A stretch of 64,000 bases of DNA, from contig MU008158.1 in NCBI GenBank assembly GCA_010909165.1, forward strand, positions 1,451,478-1,515,477, written 5' to 3'. Both the position numbers and the translations under genes were made by a program. Positions 23,337 through 34,203 of this stretch are shown one piece after another (the stretch's first letter is position 1; each line of letters opens with the position of its first letter). Under the pieces are notes generated by a model. The model saw nothing but the letters and a program-made list of their open reading frames with translations. It did not search any database and was not told the origin of the DNA. Source of the stretch: Anthoceros angustus (Eukaryota; Plantae; Anthocerotophyta).

Positions 23337-23972
23337 CTATTCAACTGCAGCTATAGCGTTGACGGAAACGCCGAGGTCCACAAAGGTCCAGTCTCCCGGG
23401 ATGTAGCCCTCCTGCTGGAAGAGCAGATAGTTGAGCTCGTACACGGGCTGAGACAATAAGCTAACGGACTGGTACAAAAGCCAAGCGGCCACAGGCCATC
23501 CACCTACGTCTTGAACAGCGAAGTCGCCGTCGTAGACGAGCGCTACTCCCGTCAACGTGTGTCTGACCGCAAAACCGTTGAGGTAACTGATTGAAGGAAG
23601 AGAAATGCCATTCACTGACTCCCACACGGTATGACTGCGCAAGTTGGGGTCTGACGTCTTATTCACGGTCACACCGTCCGTGTACAGATAGAGTCCACCT
23701 GCGTTCAACGTGAGCTGGAATTTGGTTCCTACCGGCACTCTCACGGGGAGGTAAACAGCACCATCGAGCTGGGTGCTGGTCTCAGTCGCGAGATTGGCAG
23801 CAGCAGCATGGTGGCCATGGCCGGTCACGGCATCCTTATCCAGGTGGCGTCTATCGAGCTGGGTAGAGGCCACCCACAGTGCCACTGCCGACAGGAGCAC
23901 AATGAAACACTCGGCACTCGACTGGACAAGGGATATCGGCAGACGGACTCGTGACTTGAAGCGGAATGCCAC
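23337..23972 (-). pseudogene. paralog B of the putative beta-trefoil secreted protein; open frame but ATG deleted
   Basis: Frame is intact and about 60-65% identical to paralog A. The ATG-containing ~22 nt are deleted, the ORF-track start is GTG, and there is no in-frame Met. Confidence 0.7.
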
Positions 23973-25054
23973 ACGACAGTGATCGGTCTTCGTCGGCTTA
24001 TATGCACCAACATGAAGACTAGAGCATGAACCCGTACAACGCGACCAAGTCGATGTTGTGATCGCAATTCCAAGAGCAAATGTTTGTTGGGCACGTGGAA
24101 GTGGCCGTAGGATTTGAGCATCACCTTTTTGTACGGGGTTTTGTCACGGCGGCTGCATTATTTGAAGGCTGGTACGATCGATAGCCCAGTACCGCGCGGA
24201 TGCAGGTACCCAACTGGAAAGCAGGAGGGGACTGCAGACCAGCAGTAGTTTTTTTCTTTCCAGACTGTGAATTGCCTGCTACCACATGTACGGAGTGTGT
24301 TCAAAAAGGATGAGGAGTAGGAGTTCCTTTCCGTACTCACTAGGATAGAGAGCCCGAAGAGACAGACTGAATGCAGCATAGGCCTATGGAGGCACAGCCA
24401 AGTGTCGTGGGGTGGGGCAAAACCCACATGAACATGAGGTGCAGGATGTGTAAACTCTGCGCACTATAGCCTGCTATGTTGTGAGGGACGGTGAACTAGA
24501 AGGTGTGGACACGCCGAGAAACTTGTAACATGTGGCGTATCAAGTCTTCAGATTACGTATCTACTCTGTATGACTCACCTTTGGTGGTCAGTGGTCACCA
24601 AGAACCTCCGGCTGTAGCCCCAAACAGCGAGAGACACCAGTATTCGACATTTGCATCCAGTGCACCGCAGTGCTCATCTAGAAGGTCATTGATGCGCATG
24701 TTCACAAGCGAGGATGTAATATACAGGAAAACATAGCTAACACAGGAAGCCAGCCTGGCGTCTGGGATAAATGCGCGCCTTATTAGTGCCTCCACTGTAC
24801 AATCCGAAAGGCACATTCACAACAGCTACTCAGTCGCACTCCCTATTACCTCCACAGAGTCACATGTTATGCTACAATTGAATCAATCAAAGCCCCCTGC
24901 TGTGCAAAAATGTTACCTGACCTACAAAATGCAACACAAACAGCAAAGCGTGTATCTTTTCAAATCCCTGGCAGCGCAGCAGCTGGCTTTCCTGCATCAA
25001 AAAACCTCCACGTGGCCCCTAAATACTTACGGACGTAACCGGAGGAGTTCTCTC

Positions 25055-25703
25055 TGAGCAACCTTGACAAACATGTTCTTTGAGCTATTTCCAAGCTGCC
25101 GCACTTTGCATATGCTGGAATCATGGCATTGCACATCACCAGGTTTTTTTACCAGGACCGTCAGACACTCTGCGAGCCTCTTCCAAGCTACCACACTTTG
25201 CATAGATGTCTACCAAGCTACAGCCTAAAACAACATCTACCTGAAGTCGTGGTTCTCTAACCTGAACAACCAGCTGTTTCCCCTCTCCAAAGTTGCGGTG
25301 CTCACACTTGCGCATGCCTGCAGAAGAGACACAAATGTCACGGAATCGGGTACAGCGATGCCGTCTTTTTCCACAGCACATTTTGCATTCAAGTTCACCA
25401 ATTGCAAACTGTCGGCTATAAACACATCAGCTTCATGTCCTTGTTCTCTAATCTATCCATGAACCTGCTTGCCCTTCTCCAAAGCAGGGGCTCCCACACT
25501 GGCACAAGCCTCAGGAGGCACAAAAACGCCACTGAATCGGGTGAAGCCAGGCCTCCTTCTTGCAAAGCACACTGTACTGCCGAAGGAATTGCTGCCCTAT
25601 GCCCTGCTAAAAATTCCCTGCTATCAAAGCATTCCACGTCACCACATCCTTTTGACTTTAGACTGTGTGAAACACACTCTCAGCGTCTTCCAAGCCACCA
25701 CAC
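25055..25703 (-). pseudogene. PLS-class PPR pseudogene, copy 2 (interrupted by copia-2)
   Basis: LGCSLVDIYAKCGSLEEARRVSDG; homologous to 21415-22060. Confidence 0.9.
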
Positions 25704-25921
25704 TGTTAGAATTAATACCACACTAGCCCTTAGGGCACGGTTCGTAATTATCATTAAGTAAGCTTAAGTATCTAGTGAACGAACACGATGACGGTTACAA
25801 GCACAATGCTTCGGCATATCCTCAATGTAATGAGCACAGTGCTTACAGATGCAATTCTAATCCATCTACAATTATCTAAATCCTAGGAATGGTAACATAG
25901 TATCAGAGCACGGACATTCTT

Positions 25922-26191
25922 ATGCCTAGCCAACGGCGTAGTGAGCACCTCCAACGGCGCGCCGCTAGGCAAGCAGATCTGCAAGAGTGGCAAAGAAACA
26001 ATCGTGAGAATTCATACCTCAAGGAGGCAGGAGAAAACTTGTGGGTTTATGCATGGATTCGAACCTGTTCCGTGCTCCTGATCATAGGAGAAGAACTCTC
26101 ACTGCGTCGGTTCTCCGGTCCACAAGAATATGGCTGGGCGTATGTAGATTTCTCCTTCCTGTTTGTAGAACAGACACCAAACCCACAATGA
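25922..26191 (+). CDS. extra ORF1 after the PBS of copia-2
   Basis: ATG 12 nt after the PBS, 89 aa. Its stop overlaps the next ATG (ATGA at 26188-26191). Confidence 0.5.
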   Translation: MPSQRRSEHLQRRAARQADLQEWQRNNRENSYLKEAGENLWVYAWIRTCSVLLIIGEELSLRRFSGPQEYGWAYVDFSFLFVEQTPNPQ

Positions 26192-26503
26192 TAAGGCAAT
26201 TTACCACTACGGTTGATGTTCACACACCACTCAACCCAGCACAAATAAGAGAAACATTAATCACCAGCTCAAAACCTATGTAGACAGCATAGCCTTCTAA
26301 TGGTGCCCAGCTCTGCAGATAACCTGTACATCCTCCCTTCACAATCAGAATTTGAGGAATTCCAAAATAAGATAATTCAGAATTTACAAGACCTAGAAGC
26401 ACATATAGAATCTAACTCTAACACCTGCAGAAACTACAAAATTGTAGTTACTCTCCAAATACACACAAATTGCCTCCTTAGGAGCACAATTCTTAGCCTT
26501 TAA
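26188..26503 (+). CDS. extra ORF2 (coiled-coil-like, frameshifted) upstream of copia-2 gag
   Basis: MIRQFTTTVDV... then ...EFEEFQNKIIQNLQDLEAHIES...; ends just before the gag ATG at 26531. Confidence 0.4.
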
Positions 26504-28031
26504 ACAGTCTACCAATAAAAACACATTACAATGTCCACCTCTCACCTCCTGGAGTCCAAAGAAGATAAGTTCGATGGACAGCAACATAACTTCCCTGTCT
26601 AGAAATTTCGTATTACAAATATACTCAAAGAATTTGAACGTTTCCTTTCTTCATGCTTTGCATGAGGACGTTTCGCGCTTGCTGATTTTTGTCCTCCCAC
26701 TCATCTCTTTCTTCCTGTGTTCTATTGGTAGGGAGTGGGATGGGGATTGCTAGGGTTCCAACCCCTCCGACGTAGCCCTGCCGGCGATATCATGCACACA
26801 ATTCATACCATTAAAAGTTACCTTGGATTGCGAATGGCAGAGGGCGATCACGTACATCACCATGCCATGGTCTTCTGTAGCTGGACAGTCAAATTCCAAG
26901 TTTTAGGATTTAATATTTCAGAAGAACTTCTCGCAGCAATCCTGCTATCTACACTACCCGAATCATGGATCAGCGTAGTTCAAAGCCTCCAAGGCATCCA
27001 ACCATTAACAGTCAATACACTGCTCAGCACAATGCTTACCGTGAAAGGACAACGAAAAGTATTTGCCCACAGCGGCAGCAGAGAAGCCTCCTCCAGCGCC
27101 TTCTTCACGGGCAGAGGCAAACATAGAGGCAGGGGAAGAGGCATCTTTAGAGGCAACTCTAGAGGGAGTTTTAGAGGCCGAGGCGATTCCTTCCCTAGCC
27201 ATGGAAGAGGTACATATAACCCCTCATGCTGAAGATCCTCTTCTCAAGGACATTATTATTAAGGACACCACACAACTAGATGATCCCGTTGACACAAGAG
27301 GCAGGCGTTCTCAAAGACATAATGCAGGTAAAATAAATAGATATTCCCCTACTAATTGGCGGGACCCTAAAAACACTCTAGCTTATTGTCTTAATGCAGC
27401 AATAGACCAACTCGTCCCCGCTAGCTATCAAGAAGCCATTACTTGCGCACAAAAGGAACATTGGAAACAAGCAATCATGTCAGAGTTAGAATCCCTATAA
27501 GCTAATAAGACTTGGACCTTAACTAGCCTACCTAAGGATAGAAAATTAGTGGGTTCTAAGTGGACTTTTAAGATTAAGTTAAATGCCGACGGTAGCATAG
27601 AAAGATACAAAGCTAGACTAGTGGCAAAGGGATATTCTCAAAAGTACGGTTTTGACTATGATGAAACTTTTAGTCCCGTACTTAAGATATCCTCACTTAG
27701 GATTCTCTTAGCCTTAGTATCTCACCACGACTATGAGTTATTGCAACTTGACATGAAGACAGCTTTTCTATACGGAGACTTGGACCACACAATCTACATG
27801 GAGATTCCCGAGGGAATAAATGTCAAGGACAGGGCAAAGTACAATGCTTGCCTATTACTAAAGTCCTTATATGGACTTAAGCAGAGTGCTATGAAATGGT
27901 ACTTTAAGCTAGATGTTAGTCTTAAGGAACTAGGTTTCACTAAGCTAAACTCTGATAGTAACATTTATATCAAAAGATCAGGTGCTCACTTTATTGTCTT
28001 AGGAGTATATGTAGACGTCATAGTCCTTGCA

Positions 28032-29047
28032 GCCGCTATATACCGAGTTTTGCCACCCAACTGCGGACAAGAATGCTCGTCAAAGGCGGGCGTCCGACAT
28101 CTCGATCACCTTGTGATGGCGAGACCTTTATTCTTTCATATGGATTTGCCGACAGAGAGCACGCTTTATGTGAGAACCCAAGAGCTCATAAAGACCAAGC
28201 TATTTGAACTCCACCATATGCAAAGTGCGGACGCTGGGAATAACGACAAGGGCCCAGCCCACCACCTTGAGGTGCAAGGAGAAACGTTTCAGAATGATGT
28301 CATGGTCAATGATATTAAAACCCAAGACCATGTTCGAGTTGAGGATGATCCGCGAGTCCATGTCGGCCAAAGCATTAGTTCTGGACCAATTGCAAGACGG
28401 ACACCGGATGAGGTATTGGAGATCCTAACCCAGCCGGGGTTTTCGAAGGCATGTTTGAAGAGAGCCCCCAACCAGGCGTCCGACGGACTAGACGGAAAAA
28501 ACGGGCAGCGTAACGGTCAGTTTGTCCTCTATAATTGCGAACCCTAAGGGTAGATGGTAGAGATGATCTTGCGATAAACCAGCAAGTGAGGAGCACCTAT
28601 ATTTGAAAAATAGCGGTTTTGCATTGCACTTGATTTGCAAACTTCATTTGTCCAAGAATTTCATATGTTAATCATTCTCACGGGCCAATATATAATTCTC
28701 CGCATGAGGCGTGAGTGCGCACACTTTGTGCGCTCATATCCTGGAGGCAAGCCGCCGAGCAAACCCCACGCTTTTGGATGACATGGAGACATGCTGAAAA
28801 ACCTATCAAAGCAGATATTTCATTGCATATACACCTTCTTAAATGGATCATTTACGTGTGCATGGAGATATTCTAGCGGTCAAAGCATGCGAGAACGGGG
28901 CACCACAGAATTGATCGCTCTATTCCAAGTAAAGTACATGCTAAAACCAGGAAAACATCCCGCTGGCGTTGCCTAAGAAAAGACGGGATTTTAGCCAAAA
29001 CCCCTTATTACCAGAGAAACCCCTTTCTACCCAGACGCTGTTTTATG
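28032..29047. mobile_element. unclassified ~1-kb insertion in copia-2 RT
   Basis: RT breaks after YVDVIVLA and resumes at SNTKAILEE. The insert carries an open frame fused in frame to RT. No TIR or TSD resolved. Confidence 0.7.
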
Positions 29048-29472
29048 TCTAATACTAAGGCCATATTAGAAGAGACCAGATCTATGCTAGCTAAGCTTTT
29101 CTCTACGACTACTTGTAGAGAGCTTTCTTTCTGTTTAGGCATCCAGGTTCTAAGAGATAGAAAGGCCCGAAGCATTCTTATTCATCAATCTAAGTATATT
29201 CAAGAGATTCTAACAAGTTCTAAGATGTTAGAGGCTAAACCTATCTCTACACCCATGGAAATGAACCTTAAGCTTAGCAAGGAAGCAGATCAACATGATG
29301 ACACTTCAGACACTACTCCTCCTCCTTACTCTTCAGCCGTAGGTAGTCTTATGTACCTCATAGTTTGTACTAGACCAGACCTATCCTATTCAGTGGGAGC
29401 CCTGTCACAGTTCCTATCAGCTCCTACTCAAGCTCATTGGAAGGCAGTTAAGAGGATATTTAGATACCTAAA

Positions 29473-29712
29473 ACTTGGGCAGTGCGGACCATTGAAGCAG
29501 GTGAGGAGTTGTTTGTTGAGTACAATTGGTTTGACCCAAATTATGCGATAGCGAGAATAAAGGCTGCAGAGCGTGAGTATGCACATACTAAAGAGTATGT
29601 GCAAAGAGAGTGGAAGAAGATGAAGGCAAAGTTAATGCATGAAGACAGGAGTGCGGATGCGGAGGAGTATGTAGATCTTGTAGAATATGCAAAAGGGAAT
29701 GGGAAAAGATGA
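29473..29712 (+). pseudogene. C-terminal part of a transposon-borne SET-domain ORF
   Basis: TWAVRTIEAGEELFVEYNW matches the SET C-terminal motif A-x-R/K-x-I-x-x-G-E-E-L-x-x-x-Y. Homologous to 57367-57540. Confidence 0.8.
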
Positions 29713-29930
29713 AGGCAAAGTTGATGAAAGAGGATGTAGATTTAGAGTAGTATTTGCATGACACGTGCTGAATGATATGAATATTAGTTTTTCCTTACTG
29801 TGTTTGAAGTTTGAACATAGTTTATCTAGGTGATTGATATCCTTTAGAGATCATGGTCAAGCTAGCCTATAATAAAGTATTATATATTTTATTTTAATAA
29901 CATGTTATGTATGTTTCCTCAAAAATTCTA

Positions 29931-32330
29931 GGTTGAAGGGGAAAAAAATCATGGTGAATCCATGCATGAGGAAGAAAACGAATACATTCACCCTCATGAA
30001 CAAGTGGCTATAGAGATGGTGGAGGCACTTGGTGGAGTAGCTGGTATTGCCGACATGACTGAGGAAGAGGTAAATTCTTTGCCTAAGGAATTGAAGAGAA
30101 TGCATACAGCTGCAACCACATCTTTATGGACCGGAGCCAAAACAAATTTGTCATTTACCTTATTATTGCTTAACGTCGGAGGAGGCATTGTTGGTCGGAT
30201 GCATCTGTGAATACTATGTTGGAATTAATAGGGAGCTTAGGACTCCCCGCTGACAACAAGTTGCCCAAGAATAGAGTTGAGATAAGAAAACTATTGAAGG
30301 GATTTGGCCTGTCTTATAAATCTATACATGCTTGTCCAAATGACTGTCTATTATTTCATGGCGAGCTACGCTCGCTAATGTCTGCAAGTGTGGGGCAAAT
30401 AGATGAACGGATACAAAGGGCAAAAAATACCGAAGGTGTTGCGTTATTTCCCATTAATTCCTAGGTTGAAGCAAATGTTTAGGTGCAAGAAGCTAGCTAG
30501 TATGATGTCTTGGCATGCAACATTTAAGTCTAGTGATGGGATCATGCAAATACCATCACAAACCAAGCGTGAATACCAAACATTTCCGAGTTTGCTATGG
30601 AGAGCGCAATATTCGATTTGGGCTTACTCGATGGGATTAACCTGCTTTGGACACCGAGTTCTCAATATTTCATTTGGCCAGTGCTACTTGTCAATTATAA
30701 CTTGCCTCCATGGATGTCCATACACAATGGACATATATTATTATCAATGATTATTCCTGGTCCGAAGCAAATGAAAAATGCAGACATTTATTTCCGACCG
30801 CTTATTGAAGAGTTGAAGACCTAAACCCAAGCTAAACCCTACCCTTGGGCCCCAACCTAAACCCAAGCCCAAGGGTAGGGCTAGGGCTAGGGCCAGGGCC
30901 ATGGGCCATGGCAGTGCCAAGCCCCAAGCCAAGTATGGGCCTAGGCCTAGGCAATCAAGGAAAAGGAAGAGAGGACAAGATGATGCAGTTGATGAAGGAA
31001 ACGCTCGGGAACGTGTGCATATACTGGACTCCGCACCTTGGGTTCTTGGACATGGCACTAACTATTCTTATCCTAAAGCATTGGAGAAATTGAAGAGAAG
31101 GGTTTGCAACATCCAGTATGCCCAGGGTATGGGTCCAACTTGAAACGTTGTTTTAAGAAAGGGACACGAGAGACAATTTCAGGCCTGAAGTTCCATGATC
31201 ATCATCATTTGTTATGTGACATATGGCCAATTGCCTTGAGAGGGTTGATACATCCACATGTGCATAAGGCTATATGTGATCTCGCAGAACTAATGCGTTG
31301 GCTTACCGCAAAAGAAATTGTGAAGGATGAGATTCCTTCTATGAAGGTCAAAATTGCGGAGGTGATGTGCATTTTGGAGAGAGAGTTTCCTACAACATTT
31401 CTGACAAGCCAGGTCCATGGTGTTATTCATCTAGTGCAGGAGGTTGAATTATGTGGGCCCACACGCTATCGTTGGATGTATTTTCTTGAACGACATATGA
31501 AAGTGCTAAAGAACCTTGTACGACAAAAAGCTCGACCGGAAGGAAGCATGGCTTTAGGATATCTAGCACAAGAGACAATGTTTTACTCTTCGAATTCTTT
31601 GGAAATATCCATAATGCAGCTCCACGGATGTGGACAATGAAAGAAGATGTTACTCAAAGTGGGAGTTGTTACAAGGATATGGAAGATAAAGCGTCGCCGG
31701 ATGTGGAAAGGAGTCAAGTGAGGAAAGTGATATTAGAGAACTGAGTGGACTAAGCAATGGAAAGAAGTATATGATGACAACGAAATCAAGATCGCCTTTG
31801 TGGAGTTAAGCGATGAGGTGGAAGATCTAAAAGGGGAACGCATTAGAAATATATGGAAAGGAGGTGGTTGCACTTGTAAGAGGGCCATTTGAATCTGCGT
31901 TCTTATAGCATGATGTGGGCATATGGACATCATATTCGGACGGCGGATCTTGATGCTGGGAAACAAATTTGTGATAGCATCATAACACAACTATATACAT
32001 TTCTATGTATTGAAAAACAGGGTGACCTTGAACCCATTGCAGCACAGCTTCCATGTTGGAACAATGGAGAGGATTTATGAAGTTGATTTTGGAGTTACTA
32101 CAAATATAAATGTGCTCAAGGTAAAGTGGTTCCACACGGAATGAGGATAGGATAGAGAGAAAGAGATGACTCCGGTATGGTCATGTTGAATCCAAACAAA
32201 ACGTTATCTCAAGAAAAGCTGAAAGACGAACCATTCGTTATGGTATCTCCGAAATTGGAGCGAGCTTTTATGCAAAATACCCAAAAATCTTGGAAACTTG
32301 TAGTTGGTACAAGCCCGTGGAAGACGTGTA
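29931..32330 (+). pseudogene. CACTA TnpD transposase, frameshifted and internally deleted
   Basis: IHACPNDC, LRYFPLIPRL, WPVLLVNYNLPPW, IIPGPKQ...YFRPLIEEL, GLKFHDHH, HLVQEVELCGP..RWMYFLERHMKVLKNLVRQKARPEGS. Confidence 0.95.
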
Positions 32331-32339
32331 GTAGAATGT

Positions 32340-32610
32340 GACGATTTTGATGGAAGACATGTCCATGAAGTGCTGGAATACAAGGATGACATGGAAGACG
32401 AGGATATCGATAGAAGACACGAAGTGGAAGATGATCATGAGCATATCGATGGAACTAGATATGTAGTGGAAGATAACGATGAAATGGAAGATGAGGATAT
32501 CAATGGAAGATATGTTGTTGAAGATGACATGGAAGATGAAGATATTGATGGAAGGCATGTAATCGAAGACGAAGCTGACATAGAAGATGAGGATATTGAT
32601 GAAAGACAAA
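32340..32610 (+). repeat. acidic coding repeat (DDMEDEDIDGRxVxE units) at the TnpD 3' end
   Basis: Five to six imperfect ~40-50-bp units. Confidence 0.75.
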
Positions 32611-33074
32611 TTACGCAGTGGATGACCACACTGCCTGACCTCGAGATCGGTGAATGGTTTGTGGCAGCGGTTGGTGGGCGCTTTTCAGCTTTGCGGTCAG
32701 TCGGCGGAATCCACCATAGGCGGTAGATGGAAGAGGATGCCATTCCTCCTGCGCAGTGCCTCGTATGGCCACACCCGTTGCAGGCATGGCCCAACATAGA
32801 TGGTGCACACAAATTGATTATAGGCGATGGCATAAATTACATGGCGAGCAGGTGGATGAGTCTGGGTCGTGATGCCTGTATTTGCAACTCGATAATGGCA
32901 GCGTGAAGTTGGCTCAGTTTTGCTGTAATGCAACGTTAATTGCGCGTATGCCCAAAATACAAATTTCAATGTTGTAGTAAAGTGTTTCGTCTTTGTATAG
33001 CATGTGAATGTGTTTGAAATAGTACAGAGGGGTGGCATGTGCGTGTTGGAGTGAACATCCTCCGCCGCAGAAAT

Positions 33075-33359
33075 AATGGGGTTTCCATAATGGGGTTTCC
33101 AAGTCTGCAATATATAGAAAGAAAAGAATGGTTCTAACATATATTCAGACATTGAGCACCTGGTGCTCTGATACCATGAAACTTTTGTGAGCGGAAGCTC
33201 GTTAAATTGCAAGAAGGAATAAAAGCAATTAATTAAAAGTTGAATACAAAATTGTCTTCAGTACTTCATGTGAGTAGGTGTGACCATTCACCACTAACCA
33301 AGATATTAAATAACTAAATAATAACTGGTAGGTTAATAGGAACCTTCCACATTCTAACA
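33075..33359 (-). mobile_element. copia-3 5' LTR (33177-33359), PBS and start of the internal region
   Basis: TGTTAG...TTTCA followed by TGGTATCAGAGC (33165-33176), then an ATG 12 nt later. Inserted in the old copia RNase H remnant. Confidence 0.85.
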
Positions 33360-33861
33360 GTTTGCTCTCGCCCTAGCCGGTAACCCCAAGTATAGCTCAC
33401 TGTCCAAACACTTACATCTTTTGTATCATTGTGAGCAAAGTGCCCAGGGGAAATACGACTGGAATATTGCCCTACAGAAGTTATGGGAGATGATATCTTG
33501 ACCAAGAGTCTACCAAGACATGAGCACATGACATGCGTTGCTTTGTTAGGCGTGCATGGTCAAGATACTTAAACCAAAGAGCCTCAGGTACCTAGTATGA
33601 GGGGGCGTTATAGCTAGATACTTAGGGGACAAAGCCCAAGGGTCACACCCCTTGATATGGGGGTATTTAGACCCCTTGAACACAATCCTAATTGCTTGTC
33701 ATCCACTTCTCACATCTCTTGCATCCTAGCCATCGCCTCTAATCTTCTAGGAGGGAGCTATTGAAAACTGGGCAGCAGGTGCATGCCAATGTGTTGGCCA
33801 GTGGCGCTGAGCCTCTGTGGCTTGTGTGGAATGTGCTTGGGCCGTCTATGCACGGTGTGTG
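33360..33861 (+). repeat. inverted homolog of 22056-22578 (copia RNase H/LTR remnant plus PPR flank)
   Basis: Reverse complement matches 22056-22578. Confidence 0.9.
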
Positions 33862-34203
33862 TGTTACGATCCCTGGGATTTAGACAATCGTAGATGGATT
33901 AGAATTGCATCTGCAAGCAGTGTGCTCATTACATTGAGGATATGCCAAAGCATTGTGCTTGTAACCGTCTATGTGTCGGTTCACTCAAATATCTATTCGT
34001 ATCTAGATACTTAAGCTTACTTAATGATAATTAGGGACCGTGCCCTAAGGGCTAGTGTGGTATTAATTCTAACACTCCCACTTAGCACCTAGTCCTTAGG
34101 TTGTATGTCTCTAATCTTGCTGAGTATTAAAACTAATTTATGAAATTCTTCTTAGTCCCATATTTCATGTGTGTTCTTGGTGTTTGATGGAGCTGAGTGC
34201 TTT
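33862..34203 (-). mobile_element. copia-2 3' end, now inverted: 3' LTR 33862-34074, PPT, RNase H C-terminus
   Basis: Reverse complement of the 25704-25897 LTR, diverged and with one ~18-bp indel. TSD GTGTG (= CACAC) at 33857-33861, PPT GCTAAGTGGGAG, and KALSSIKHQEHT. Confidence 0.92.

Larger units (their letters stand above)
25704..29470 (+). mobile_element. copia-2, 5' part: LTR, PBS, extra ORFs, gag, RT (protease/integrase deleted)
   Basis: LTR 25704-25897 (TG...CA) after TSD CACAC, and PBS TAGTATCAGAGC. Gag starts MSTSHLLESKEDKFDG at 26531 and includes LLSTLPESW. RT SKWTFKIK/YKARLVAKG/LDMKTAFL/YVD, continuing to TRPDLSY...AVKRIFRYLK at 29045-29470. Confidence 0.92.
29471..32610 (+). mobile_element. 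CACTA (En/Spm) element 1, 5'-truncated: SET C-terminus plus TnpD
   Basis: SET tail followed by Transposase_21, DUF4218 and DUF4216-like motifs and an acidic tail; co-linear with 57367-60900. Confidence 0.92.

Noticed and set aside
27549-28547. 332-aa ORF as a novel RT-fusion gene
   Set aside because: RT is cut at the YVDD region by an insertion and resumes at ~29045.
29045-29712. RT-SET fusion
   Set aside because: The two are in different frames. The junction at ~29471 is best explained by a deletion joining copia to the interior of a CACTA.
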